From an uncultured bacterium (GTDB lineage: Bacteria; Cyanobacteriota; Cyanobacteriia; Cyanobacteriales; Nostocaceae), in assembly GCA_964246695.1 (NCBI GenBank), contig CAXTSI010000002.1, positions 2,690 through 66,689 on the forward strand: 64,000 nt of DNA, written 5' to 3'. Below, one piece after another: positions 10,556 through 20,293 of the stretch (positions are counted from its first letter, which is position 1; each line of letters opens with the position of its first letter). Under the pieces are notes generated by a model. The model saw nothing but the letters and a program-made list of their open reading frames with translations, was not told the DNA's origin and did not search any database. Made by a program: the position numbers and the translations under genes.

Positions 10556-10688
10556 TAATATCATGTCCGTGTAGCGGTTATTATATGAACCCTCACCCCG
10601 CCCTCGCTTGCTCCCCTCTCCCATGCTTGGGAGAGGGGAAGGGGGCAGCGGTCGGTATATCGTAACTGTTTATACGGACATGATATAA
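10556..10688. mobile_element. MITE-like palindromic element with ATATCATGTCCG...CGGACATGATAT termini
   Basis: Terminal inverted repeats read directly. The same termini occur at 13746..13878, with single ends at about 41470 and about 46445. Confidence 0.7.
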
Positions 10689-11008
10689 TTTAGGATCGCT
10701 ATATATATGAATATAATTACTATTGTGCTACTGCTCGTAAGCTGTAATTCCCTTAAGATAATTTTTGATTGTTTTCCCTTAGTCTTCTCACTGAGCAAGA
10801 AGTTCTCAGATTGTTTAGCGTTAAGAGCGATCGCACTTAATTGGCAACCAAAAAGCGCCTCAACACCAGCCACACCAATCACACTTGCTAAAATTACAGA
10901 TGTTCCTATTTGTAACAGTTTACTGTTCATATCAAGACATTCCTGAATAAAAAATTTCTATGGCGCAAATCTATCAGTATCTTAAATGCTGATTTCTAGA
11001 CGCAGCCA

Positions 11009-11105
11009 AAATTTGATAAAAACTTCTTCAGTGTCAGCAATAAAGCTATGTTGGTGAAGTTTTTCTCACCATTTTACAAACCTGTGTGCAAGTTGTTAAA
11101 GTAAA
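11009..11105 (+). repeat. Conserved noncoding motif of about 100 nt, copy A (copy B at 19303..19398)
   Basis: About 80% identity by eye with copy B. It contains the complementary arms AAAAACTTC...GAAGTTTTT. Confidence 0.6.
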
Positions 11106-11118
11106 ACTTGAGGGATGC

Positions 11119-11225
11119 GATATAGCAATCCTAAATGATTCGTGAAGGTCGAGAAACCCGGTTTCTTTAAGAAACCGGGTTTCTGAAGCTTGAGATGTTC
11201 GCAACTCAAATAGGATTGCTATATA
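11119..11225. mobile_element. MITE-like element, termini ATATAGCAATCCT...AGGATTGCTATAT, core GAAACCCGGTTTC x2
   Basis: TIRs and the palindromic core were read directly. The same core occurs in the elements at 36935 and 29332. Confidence 0.65.
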
Positions 11226-11429
11226 AAGAAAAAATAAGATGACAGCTAGATGTGTTCTCGCACTGGTAAATTAATGTTTATTTAACCAATTGAGTAAGTC
11301 TGCACAATAAATTATTACTGGTTTGTAGTTGCGCTTAAGCACAGAAAGAAGCGAAGACACCCCAACTACAAGCTTTTGCAACATTTCTTGAAGATGATGA
11401 TATCTTTCTATCAAAAATCAGTTAATCCT

Positions 11430-13688
11430 ATGAATCGCCTTTATCTTACTCTCATTCCCATCCTCAGTAGTTTCTTGTTCTTACCTACTGCTTGCGCCTT
11501 CTGTACTCATCCAACCTCTAGCCAGCGCAATTCTGTGGTTCTTGCCAATCAACTATCAGAAAAACAACTTTTAGCAGTAAGTCCGCCGGAATCGACTAAA
11601 CCTAGACAAGTTTCTAATTCTCCAACGCCAACAGGATTAGTAAACAAAATAGATAGAATCGCCCAACAAATTACAGTGAAAATTGATGCTCGTAACCCTA
11701 ACAATGGGAATGGGTCAGGAGTCATTATTGCTCACCAAGAAAACACTTACTATGTACTCACTGCTTTTCATGTGGTGGAAAATCAAGATGAATATAAGAT
11801 TGTCACACCTGATAAACAGCAATATTTAGTCCAAGAGAAAAATATAATCAAAGAGAAAGGATTAGATGTAGCTATTTTGCAGTTTAGTAGTAATAAAACT
11901 TACCAAGTAGCAACTCTAGCCAAACAAAATCTCTCTGACGTAAAAATAAGCTGGGTTTTCCTATCAGGATTTCCCAGTTCAGAAAAAGGAAAACGGAAAT
12001 TTACTCCAGGCTACCGTTATGGTACAGAAGCAGGAGCTTTCTTTATCAAGGATGCTTTTTCTTCTAGTTTGAGTAATGGCTATGAACTAGTTTACACCAA
12101 TCTTTCTCTACCAGGAATGAGTGGAGGACCATTACTAGATGTAAAAGGGCGCGTGATTGGGATTGGTGGTCGTCAGGAAGGAGAACAAGTTAGTAATAAT
12201 CTTGACATTTACTTAGGATACGCTTTAGGAGTACCGATTAGCACGGGGTTGCGTTTAGCAAGTAAAGCGGGGATAAAGGCTGAGTGGATGAGAGCAGAAA
12301 CGACTTCAGCACCAAACTTCATAGATTTACCAAAAGCAGATATTGCGTCAATTTTGGATTATCTCACATCTAGTGTAGAAAAACCGCCTGCAGATGATAA
12401 TTCTTACAAATGGGTCAATTATGGCATTCAAAATTGGCAAGCATTTAGAATCGATGAAGCAGTTAATGCTTTGAATAAAGCAATTAAGCTCAAACCTGAC
12501 TTTTATCAAGCTTATTATGTACTGGGTCTAGTACTACAGGGACAAGAAAAATATCAAGAAGCAATTGCTGCTTATGAGCAAGCAACTAAGATCCGTCCCG
12601 ATTACTATAAAGCTTGGCGTGAGCAAAGTGAAGCTCTGGCAAAATTAAAAAAATACCCAGAAGCAATAGCAGCAATCGACCAAGCAATTAATAATAATCC
12701 CAAAGATTTTACCCTTTATGTCAACAAAGGTCAAATACTGTTCAAATCTGACCGCTTCCCAGATGCTGAAGCTGCCTACACTGAAGCGATTAAAATCAAA
12801 GAGAACAGTATAGCTTACTATAACCGGGGTGCGGCTCGCCTGGAGTTGAAAAATTATCAGGGTGCAGAGGCCGATTTCAATAAAACCATTGAGCTTAACC
12901 CTGATGATTATCAAGCTTACAGACAGCGGGGTGACCTCCGCAGAGAATTAAAAAAATATCAGGAAGCGGAAGCTGATTATAATCAAGCTATTGCACTTAA
13001 TCCCGGCTATGCTAAAGCCTACAACAACCGGGGTTCCCTCCGCTATAAATTAGAAAACTATCAGGGGGCAGAGGCTGATTTAACTAAAATCATTGAGTTG
13101 AATCCTAAAGATGATCGAGCCTACTATCATCGAGGTGGTGTCCGCAAAAAATTGAAAAATTATCAGGGGGCGATCGCGGATTACAATCAAGCAATTAAGC
13201 TTAATCCTAAGGATGCTGAATTCTACACTCAGCGGGGTAGTCTGCGGTCTGAATTGAAAGATGCTCAGGGAGCAGAAGCTGATTATAATCAAGCTATAGC
13301 TCTCCAGCCTAACAATGCAACGACTTACCTTGTCCGGGGTCTTGTACGCGAACAATTGAACAATTATCAGGGAGCAGAGACTGATTTCAATAAATTCGTT
13401 GAAATCCAACCTAATCATGCTACTGCTTACTTCCTCCTGGGTACTATCCACACCCATCAAGTGGATCGGAAAAACTATCAGCAGAGAGCAGAGGCTTATT
13501 TTACTAGAGCCATTGCGCTGAAGCCTGAATTTGCTGAAGCCTATAATAGTCGAGGTCTTGTGCGCCAAGAATTAAAAAACTATTCGGGAGCAAAAGCAGA
13601 TTTCAATAAAGCAGCACAACTCTTTGTTGAACAGAGGAATATGGATATGTACCAAAAAGTACAACAGACCTTAAGAATGTTGCCGTAG
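11430..13688 (+). CDS. Exported trypsin-like serine protease fused to a long TPR array
   Basis: Signal-like N-terminus 'MNRLYLTLIPILSSFLFLPTACA'. Triad context 'LTAFHVV', 'DVAILQF', 'GMSGGPLLD'. At least 10 TPR units follow ('NYQGAEADFNKTIELNPDD...'). The start is uncertain within 11376..11430. Confidence 0.85.
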   Translation: MNRLYLTLIPILSSFLFLPTACAFCTHPTSSQRNSVVLANQLSEKQLLAVSPPESTKPRQVSNSPTPTGLVNKIDRIAQQITVKIDARNPNNGNGSGVIIAHQENTYYVLTAFHVVENQDEYKIVTPDKQQYLVQEKNIIKEKGLDVAILQFSSNKTYQVATLAKQNLSDVKISWVFLSGFPSSEKGKRKFTPGYRYGTEAGAFFIKDAFSSSLSNGYELVYTNLSLPGMSGGPLLDVKGRVIGIGGRQEGEQVSNNLDIYLGYALGVPISTGLRLASKAGIKAEWMRAETTSAPNFIDLPKADIASILDYLTSSVEKPPADDNSYKWVNYGIQNWQAFRIDEAVNALNKAIKLKPDFYQAYYVLGLVLQGQEKYQEAIAAYEQATKIRPDYYKAWREQSEALAKLKKYPEAIAAIDQAINNNPKDFTLYVNKGQILFKSDRFPDAEAAYTEAIKIKENSIAYYNRGAARLELKNYQGAEADFNKTIELNPDDYQAYRQRGDLRRELKKYQEAEADYNQAIALNPGYAKAYNNRGSLRYKLENYQGAEADLTKIIELNPKDDRAYYHRGGVRKKLKNYQGAIADYNQAIKLNPKDAEFYTQRGSLRSELKDAQGAEADYNQAIALQPNNATTYLVRGLVREQLNNYQGAETDFNKFVEIQPNHATAYFLLGTIHTHQVDRKNYQQRAEAYFTRAIALKPEFAEAYNSRGLVRQELKNYSGAKADFNKAAQLFVEQRNMDMYQKVQQTLRMLP

Positions 13689-13745
13689 CGATCGTAGTAC
13701 GTAGACCTCTCTGAAAATAGCAGTAGGGTGCGCTATGAGCGCACA

Positions 13746-13878
13746 TTATATCATGTCCGGTTAAATAACCTTAATAAGTTTGTAGTGAGGACTTCAGTCC
13801 TAGGCGCGTTCTTAAGCAAGGACTGAAGTCCTTACTACAAACAAGTTTTATTATGGGTAATTAACCGGACATGATATT
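13746..13878. mobile_element. MITE-like palindromic element (ATATCATGTCCGGTTAA...TTAACCGGACATGATAT)
   Basis: TIRs plus the internal hairpin GGACTTCAGTCC...GGACTGAAGTCC. Its right end overlaps the COP23 stop codon. Confidence 0.7.
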
Positions 13879-14410
13879 ATTCCTTCTCAACCGGGGCTGT
13901 CTGAAGAAACTTATCGATATCAATCTGGTAGTAGACTTGATGTTTTCCCGAACTATGCTGTATCGGTCCAGTACCACGCCCTCTGAGGATATCTTTGAGA
14001 TCTGTGAGAATTTCTAGAGGATCGTCTTGTGGTCGTAGGGTGAGGAGTGTGATATCGCAAGCGCCATCTTTATCACGAGTTGTGCAAATTACCGCTTGAC
14101 CTTTTACTGTCCCATTGGTGATATAACCCAAGCTTTGATTGTCGTAAGCATTTTGGAATCGAGACGATACGTCTTGACACCGCTGTTGAGGACTAATTGT
14201 CTGATTGTTAAACCACGAATATTTCCAACGGATCACGGCGATTCTGCCCTGTGGAGTCCAGGCATAGGTAGTAGGGATGTTTCCTTGACGACTCCTAGCA
14301 CAGATGAACTGAACTTTTTGATTAGGGTTAGATTGACTCAGGGTAGTGGTTGCACTCATGGCGATCGCCGCTGTTGTCATCAGAATTGTTATGAGTGATT
14401 GAAGTTTCAT
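13877..14410 (-). CDS. COP23 (circadian oscillating protein 23) domain protein, exported
   Basis: Signal peptide 'MKLQSLITILMTTAAIAMSA'. 'FICARSRQGNIPTTYAWTPQGRIAVIRWKYSWF...SPQQRCQDVSSRFQNAY' matches my recollection of the COP23 family. Confidence 0.75.
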   Translation of the reverse strand: MKLQSLITILMTTAAIAMSATTTLSQSNPNQKVQFICARSRQGNIPTTYAWTPQGRIAVIRWKYSWFNNQTISPQQRCQDVSSRFQNAYDNQSLGYITNGTVKGQAVICTTRDKDGACDITLLTLRPQDDPLEILTDLKDILRGRGTGPIQHSSGKHQVYYQIDIDKFLQTAPVEKE

Positions 14411-14428
14411 AAAAGTGCCAATTTTTTG

Positions 14429-14708
14429 AATTAAAAATTAAAAATTAAAAATTAAAAATTTAGAAATAATTTTTAATTTCTTAATTACAGCATGACCGTA
14501 GGGGCGCGGAGACCGCGCCCTTACAATGTGGCGCAGGTTCAATTAAAAACTGCTGTAAAGTACAGCTTCCCCTGTTTTTAAACATGGAAAACAAAAAAGT
14601 GAAACATCTATTTCTACTTGCTCCAGACCGCCACCCTCCGCTCGCGGCGCTACGCGATTTATCCGCTCAATTTTAATTTTACATTTTTAATTTTTAATTT
14701 TTAATTAT
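14429..14708. repeat. Inverted AATTAAA / TTTAATT heptamer arrays flanking a GC hairpin repeat (CCGTAGGGGCGCGGAGACCGCGCCCTTACAATG)
   Basis: Read directly. The 33-nt hairpin unit recurs at about 10483. Confidence 0.75.
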
Positions 14709-16132
14709 TTTGACACTTTTGCTTGTAACCTGTAAGCCCCTGATTGTTTGGTATCTCCAAAGGAACTGGTGGCAAGCACAATATAGATACCATCCTTAGG
14801 TAGTGTCGCTACAATTCTGGAATTGAAATCACTAGGCGAAATGCCATCATTACGGGCAAGTTCACTGCCATCAGCATTTAATAAAATTAAAGCGGGATCA
14901 ATACTTTGACTCTTCATTTCAATTGTCAAGATTTGACCAGCTTGACCCTGAAACTTGTATAACTTGTAGTACCTATTATTTGGTGGTAAAACAGGGTCAC
15001 CTTTGCCTAGCCGATCGTTGATCTGTTGACCATTGATCTGCAATTCTTGAAGTGACTGCTGGGGTAAAACGCTGGGGGCGCTTTTTTGGTACTCTCCTTT
15101 GTTAGCTTTTTCTACTACTGTTTTCAGTGCTTGTGCATCAGTAGGCTTGTTTATAGGTTTTTGCAGATAGAAAGCATAGAACGCATAACTCACACCAACT
15201 ACAATCAAGGTAGCAGCCCCCGCTAGCAAAAGCCTGAGTGGTTTGGGTTGAGGATGTCGGCGAAGGGGATCTCCGGTAATTACGTTTGGCAGATCCTTCA
15301 AGACTTCACTTGCTGACTGGTAGCGCTGACGGCAGTCAAAGCGTACCATTTTATTGAGCACATTTACTAACTGTGGGTTAGTGTGCGGTGCTCGGTGACT
15401 CCAGACAATTTCCCCCATGTTAGGATTATTTGGATCTCGTAGTTTTGATATGTCGTTAGCAGGTAATCCTGTCAGCGCTTGGATACCGACCATGCCTAGA
15501 GCATAAATATCGCTGTTAAATTGGGGGTTGCCTTGAAGTTGTTCTAAGGGCATATAGCCAGGAGTGCCAATAGGAACTGTTGCACTTGCTTGCCCCGGAG
15601 TGTTAAGAGTTTGAGAAACGACTTCCTTAACCGCACCAAAGTCGATTAAAACTATCTTGCCATCCGTCTGGCGGCGGATTAAATTTGAGGGTTTAATGTC
15701 CCGGTGGATCACTTGCTGCTCATGCACAAAGACCAAAATCTCTAACACTTGTGTTAAGAGGTTGAGTACTTGGTCAGACGGCAAGGGTTGTCCCATCAAC
15801 AAAATCTTATTTAAGGTCTGACCGGGAATAAACTCTTGGACTAAGTAAAATTCTTGATTGTCCTCAAAATAAGCAAACAGTCGCGGAATCCGATCGTGGT
15901 GACCTAACTTTTCTAAGGTTTCTGCTTCGGTTTTAAATAGGCGACGGGAAATTTGTAAAGTTGACGGGTCGTTACGGAGAGGCCACAGTTGTTTTACCAC
16001 ACATGGGGGGTTACCAGGACGCTTGATATCTTCTGCTATATATGTCAGCCCAAATCCACCAGGGGGTAAGGCTTGAGTGATTCGGTAACGTCCATCCAAA
16101 AGTTGACCGATGTTCAAAAGCTGACCGAGCAT
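14705..16132 (-). CDS. Ser/Thr protein kinase with one TM helix and an extracytoplasmic pre-peptidase C-terminal (PPC) domain
   Basis: 'GGFGLTYIAED...VVKQL', 'HRDIKPSNL', 'DFG', 'GTPGYMPLEQ'. TM helix 'LLLAGAATLIVVGVSYAFYAFYL'. C-terminal 'YYKLYKFQGQAGQILTIEM...DPALILLNADGSELARND...GIYIVLATS...GAYRLQA' is PPC-like. Confidence 0.9.
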   Translation of the reverse strand: MLGQLLNIGQLLDGRYRITQALPPGGFGLTYIAEDIKRPGNPPCVVKQLWPLRNDPSTLQISRRLFKTEAETLEKLGHHDRIPRLFAYFEDNQEFYLVQEFIPGQTLNKILLMGQPLPSDQVLNLLTQVLEILVFVHEQQVIHRDIKPSNLIRRQTDGKIVLIDFGAVKEVVSQTLNTPGQASATVPIGTPGYMPLEQLQGNPQFNSDIYALGMVGIQALTGLPANDISKLRDPNNPNMGEIVWSHRAPHTNPQLVNVLNKMVRFDCRQRYQSASEVLKDLPNVITGDPLRRHPQPKPLRLLLAGAATLIVVGVSYAFYAFYLQKPINKPTDAQALKTVVEKANKGEYQKSAPSVLPQQSLQELQINGQQINDRLGKGDPVLPPNNRYYKLYKFQGQAGQILTIEMKSQSIDPALILLNADGSELARNDGISPSDFNSRIVATLPKDGIYIVLATSSFGDTKQSGAYRLQAKVSK

Positions 16133-16153
16133 AACATTGCACCAGATCTTATG

Positions 16154-16232
16154 GTAATTGCTAATTGCTAATTGCTAATTGCTAATGGCTAATAGCTAAT
16201 GGTAACAATTAGCGATTAGCCATTAGCCATTA
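16154..16232. repeat. Palindromic STRR heptamer array (TAATTGC.../...ATTAGCC)
   Basis: Direct reading. It lies between the kinase start and the protease-TPR stop. Confidence 0.8.
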
Positions 16233-16246
16233 CTTTCGTTAGTACC

Positions 16247-19009
16247 TTATTGGCATCCGCCAGTGCGGACAGCATCCCGTAAGGTTCGGGCTTGTGCATT
16301 TTCTGGCTGAATTTCAATCACTCGATTGAAATCGGTTAGCGCCCCCTGACAATCTTTCAACTGTTTGCGGAGATTAGCCCGCCAAAAGTAGGCATTTGCA
16401 TGATTAGGCTCGAGTTTAATCGCTTGGTCTACATCCGCCAGTGCTCCTTTTAGGTCTTTCACACCAAAGTAGTGGGCAAGACTCCTACTATAGAAGGTGA
16501 AAAAGTCAGGTGCGAGTGGAATGGCTTGATTAAAATCGGCGATCGCACCTTGAAAGTCTTTCGCTTGAAGGTGCATAGTACCTCTACATTTATAGCCTGA
16601 AGCATCTTTAGGCTGGAGTTTAATTATTTGATTGCAATCCTCTATTGCCGCCTTCAAGTTTTTCATAGTAAGATGAACACGATTCCGACTTTGGTAGTAA
16701 ACAGTATGGTTAGGATCGAGTCTAATCGCTTGATTAAAATCGGCGATCGCTCCCTGAAAGTCTTTCAAATCCTCGCGGAGTTTGCCTCGGATGCTGTAGT
16801 TACTAGCATAGTCAGGCTGGAGTTTAATTGCTTGATTCAAATCGACCATCGCGCCCTGAACGTCTTTCAATAGATAGCGGGCAAAACCCCTACCGCCGTA
16901 AGCTAAAGCGTAGTCTGGCACAAGTTGAATTACTTGAGTGTAATCGGCGATCGCGCCGGGAAAGTCATTCAACTGCATACGAAGACCACCTCGCCAGAAG
17001 TAGGCTGTATAAATCGGCTGAATCTCAATCGCCTTATTCGATGCCTCCAAAGCCTCTGAGTAGCGTTTTAATTCGTACAATATTGAACCTTTTACTACAT
17101 AAAGGTTATAATCATTGTCCCTGTTGTACTCAATCGCCTTATCAATCGCTGCTAGTGCCTCTGGGTATTTTTCTAATGTCCCCAACACTGCACTTTTGAA
17201 AGACCAAGCTTGATAGGAGTCTGGTTTAATTTTTGTGGCTTGCTCAAAAGCAGCTAGTGCTTCTGGATTTTTTTTCTGGAATGAATATAGCGCCACGCCT
17301 AGCGTATAGTAAGCTTGATAAAAGTTAGGTTTGATTTTAATTGCCGTCTGCATTGCGGCAACGGCTTCTTGATATTTTTCTAATCGCCACAGTTGATTGC
17401 CATAATTGAGCCAATCATACTCATTGGCATTTTGTGGCGGCTTTTCCACAGCAAATAATGGATGAGTCAAGAGCAAATTAGTTTCTGCTGCTGTTAGGGC
17501 TGGTGGTGCAACCGTGACTACTTTCAACCATTCTGGTTTTAGCCCTGCTAAGGTGACTGCACCCAAAAGGGTACTGCTGGGCACTCCTAAACCCAAACCT
17601 AGTTCAACTTTTTCTGATTGACTCTTCTCAATACCCGTGTTAATTCCAATTACTTGCCCCATTGAATCTAGCACTGGTCCGCCACTCATTCCAGGAAGCG
17701 TTAGATTCGAGTAAATTAGCTGATAGCCATAATCAATCAAAGACTTCAAATCACCAGAGTCTTCTGCACGGGCTAATACTCTCTCCCTATTCCAATGCAA
17801 ACCAGCGGTCAACTTCCGCTTTCCTGCTGCGTCACCAGGAAAGCCAGACAGGAGTACCCACTGTTTTTTGTCCGGCAATAGGTTATATTTAGCGATCGTA
17901 GCGACCGAGTAAGTTTTATCGCTGGTAAACTTTAACAGCGCTGCGTCTAATCCCTTCGGTTTGACGATGTTTTCCTGTTGCAATGCATATCGCTGTCCAT
18001 CTGGCGTCATAATTTCATAAGAGTCTGGATTCTCTACCACATGAAGCGCAGTGACAACATAATAAGTTTGTCCTTGTTTAGCAACGATCGCACCAGAACC
18101 ATTACCATTTGTTTTGGAGTCAATCCGCACGGTAATTTGTTGGGCAATGGTATCTACTTTATCAACTAAATTATTACCAACGGGTGGCACAGAAGCTTGT
18201 TGCTGATTTTGCCCAACAGATGGAATACTTGCTAAATTGGGGGCGAATTGAGCTACGGTTTGAATCGGGATAGCAAAGCTGAATTTTCTGAGGCGCTGAA
18301 GTTGTTGTTCACTGGGGCGACTTCCATCCTGATAGACATAAGTATCATTTAAAATGGCATTGTTCAGTAACCCATTCACCCCGATTAACTTACCTTGCTG
18401 ATTTAATAGTGGTCCCCCACTCATTCCTTGTTTAATCTCATTGGTATAACCAATCTGATAACCCCCAGCTAAAGGTTGCGGAGACAACAGGGAGATTTTG
18501 CCACTACTAATGACTAATTCTTGACTATTATAAGGAAACCCAGCCGCGAAAACTTCTTGTTCTGATACATTTGCGGTGGTAGCTAAAGAAACGATGCGAT
18601 AGTTTTCTTTAGCTTGAAACCGTAATAAGGCTAAATCATTACCTTCTAAAGAATCACCTTGACTAATAACCACCGCTGTATGGATTTTGCCATCAGGAGT
18701 TTGGATGCGCTGGGGTTGTTTGGAGTTAATTACATGGGCATTGGTTAAGATGGTGTAGGTTTGCCCAATTTTGCTGATTAAAATCCCACTTCCGCTATGC
18801 TTAGTTGTCAAGACTTTGACGGTGACGGCTTGGGCTATTTGACGAATTTGTTCTCTTGTAGTGGTGCTACTTACAAGTACCGGAGTAGGATAATGAGATT
18901 GATTGAATGTCCCAGCATCAGCGGTAGACAGTAAGAGCAAACCACTGAAGCTGGCGATTGCGCTTCGCGCAGCGGCTTTGCCTTTCGCAATAAGATTGAA
19001 GCGATTCAT
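16247..19009 (-). CDS. Exported protein with two trypsin-like serine protease domains and a C-terminal TPR array
   Basis: 920 aa. Domain 1 has 'LTNAHVI', 'DLALLRF', 'GMSGGPLLN'. Domain 2 has 'VTALHVV', 'DAALLKF', 'GMSGGPVLD'. A TPR array follows ('FQGAIADFNQAI...'). Confidence 0.9.
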   Translation of the reverse strand: MNRFNLIAKGKAAARSAIASFSGLLLLSTADAGTFNQSHYPTPVLVSSTTTREQIRQIAQAVTVKVLTTKHSGSGILISKIGQTYTILTNAHVINSKQPQRIQTPDGKIHTAVVISQGDSLEGNDLALLRFQAKENYRIVSLATTANVSEQEVFAAGFPYNSQELVISSGKISLLSPQPLAGGYQIGYTNEIKQGMSGGPLLNQQGKLIGVNGLLNNAILNDTYVYQDGSRPSEQQLQRLRKFSFAIPIQTVAQFAPNLASIPSVGQNQQQASVPPVGNNLVDKVDTIAQQITVRIDSKTNGNGSGAIVAKQGQTYYVVTALHVVENPDSYEIMTPDGQRYALQQENIVKPKGLDAALLKFTSDKTYSVATIAKYNLLPDKKQWVLLSGFPGDAAGKRKLTAGLHWNRERVLARAEDSGDLKSLIDYGYQLIYSNLTLPGMSGGPVLDSMGQVIGINTGIEKSQSEKVELGLGLGVPSSTLLGAVTLAGLKPEWLKVVTVAPPALTAAETNLLLTHPLFAVEKPPQNANEYDWLNYGNQLWRLEKYQEAVAAMQTAIKIKPNFYQAYYTLGVALYSFQKKNPEALAAFEQATKIKPDSYQAWSFKSAVLGTLEKYPEALAAIDKAIEYNRDNDYNLYVVKGSILYELKRYSEALEASNKAIEIQPIYTAYFWRGGLRMQLNDFPGAIADYTQVIQLVPDYALAYGGRGFARYLLKDVQGAMVDLNQAIKLQPDYASNYSIRGKLREDLKDFQGAIADFNQAIRLDPNHTVYYQSRNRVHLTMKNLKAAIEDCNQIIKLQPKDASGYKCRGTMHLQAKDFQGAIADFNQAIPLAPDFFTFYSRSLAHYFGVKDLKGALADVDQAIKLEPNHANAYFWRANLRKQLKDCQGALTDFNRVIEIQPENAQARTLRDAVRTGGCQ

Positions 19010-19040
19010 TTTTTTTATGTGATTCTGTTAATTTGAAATT

Positions 19041-19110
19041 AATAGCTAATAGCTAATGGCTTTTAACAATTAGCAATTAGCAATTAGCAATTAACAATTA
19101 GCAATTAGCA
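19041..19110. repeat. STRR heptamer array (AATAGCT / AATTAGC)
   Basis: Direct reading. Confidence 0.8.
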
Positions 19111-19302
19111 GCCAACTAACAGAGAAATGCTTAATTTGAGTTTCATACTTTTTTGTTCTTTAATCCTGACTAACGAGATTGAGATAATAGCCATCCAGCT
19201 TTCTCTGCAAAACCAGCAACATTAATAGATGCCATTGCGGTTGTTGCCGGACGTGTGTATTGTTAAGATTCATCTTAAAACCTGATTCATAAACGCACTC
19301 AT

Positions 19303-19398
19303 AATTTGATAAAAACTTCTTCAACCTAAGCAAAAAAGCTAAGTAGGTGAAGTTTTTCTCAACATTGTCAAAACCTGTTAGCCTGTTGTTAAAGTCAA
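19303..19398 (+). repeat. Conserved noncoding motif, copy B (see 11009..11105)
   Basis: 'AATTTGATAAAAACTTCTTCA...GGTGAAGTTTTTCTCA.CATT.T.CAAAACCTGT...GTTGTTAAAGT' is shared with copy A in the same + orientation. Confidence 0.6.
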
Positions 19399-19649
19399 GA
19401 TTAGCTCCCACTACATAGATTCAGCGTTCAAAAACCTAACCCCCCAGCCCCCTTCCCTAGAAGGGAAGAGGGAGCCTTATTTAGGTGTTTTTTTCTATTC
19501 CCATTCTTCTAGCAAAGGACACCCTGTTGTCAATGCAGAAAACTGCACCATTATTTTTTTTAGTTGTGGTAATTAAAGCTTGAATGTAAAATCTAGTTGC
19601 TCAAAAAGTTATTAGAGTATTGATGTGTCCAATGTTGGCGATCGCCGAC

Positions 19650-20100
19650 CAAAATTTGTCATTTTTAGCTAGCGCCAGATTGTGTTGAGACAGCGCGACG
19701 GTATAGTTTCCTAGCTGATGGTGGACAACACAAGCGTGAGAAGTAGGTATTCTCACATCTTGCACTACACAGACAAAACCCGCCTAGCCTTCTCCCAATT
19801 CCTCGCCGCTGACGCTCCTTCGTCGCTAACGCAACGCTTACGCGAACGGCTTCTGCGAAGCAGTACGCGGGTTTCAAACCCTTGATTTTCCGTAAGTCCG
19901 CGTAGGCGGACTTAGTTTGTATAGCCGCGAATTCTATTCGTTAGGGGCTGGTGCAAGATCTGAGTATTAGCATTGTTAGGTTCAAGTTTAATCGCTTGAT
20001 CTAAATCCGCCTTTGCTCCAGTATAGTCTTTCAACTCTTGGCGGACATGACCTCTAATGGTGTAGGCTAAAGCAAAGTCGGGCTGGAGTTTAATTGCTAA
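19650..20100 (-). pseudogene. TPR-array fragment of a protease-TPR paralog, interrupted by a MITE
   Basis: The minus strand reads TPR-like '...AIKLEPNNAN|TYFSR...' across the MITE at 19752..19964. No protease domain or start codon is present. Confidence 0.6.
19752..19964. mobile_element. MITE (213 bp), termini CTCACATCTTGCAC...GTGCAAGATCTGAG, TSD TATT
   Basis: The 4-bp direct repeat TATT is at 19748..19751 and 19965..19968. The TIR family is the same as at 27521 and 29332. Confidence 0.8.
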
Positions 20101-20293
20101 GAATTGCAGGTAAAAGTATTAATGCTTGGATGGTGATGGTTTTGGTTAAAATAGCTTTGTTCGTAAATGCTAGCAATGAAACTCGCTCGCCTGCGGAAAA
20201 GCAAGACTTTGGAGCTGCATGACCGATAGTAAGCAGCTACTCGGCAATGATTAAAGTTACTAATTTCAAAAGTAAGTATTATTGCAAAATCCT

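Noticed and set aside
10345-10665. A 106-aa ORF downstream of mysB.
   Set aside because: It is composed almost entirely of dispersed repeat modules (the GGGGCGCGGAAACCGCGCCCC hairpin and a MITE) and has no start context.
10670-10930. An 86-aa minus-strand ORF with a signal-like N-terminus.
   Set aside because: Its 3' end runs into a MITE, an equally long ORF overlaps on the other strand, and I recognise no family. The support is too weak to call.
12645-13568. Minus-strand ORFs (12645..12914, 13080..13568) inside the TPR array, and the + strand ORFs at 16628..17199, 17662..18169 and 24198..24443 inside the paralogs.
   Set aside because: They are antisense reading of repetitive TPR or protease coding sequence, with no motifs. 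The sense-strand proteins are clearly real.
16154-16232. The regularly spaced repeat arrays (also at 6796, 19041, 33003, 14429, 60211) were considered as possible CRISPR arrays.
   Set aside because: The units are contiguous 7-mers with no spacers, and the arrays are palindromic. They match the STRR-type heptamer repeats of heterocystous cyanobacteria, not CRISPR. No cas genes are present.
19160-19877. The ORFs at 19160..19411 and 19665..19877.
   Set aside because: The first covers the conserved non-coding motif. The second is the MITE at 19752..19964 plus degenerate TPR sequence.
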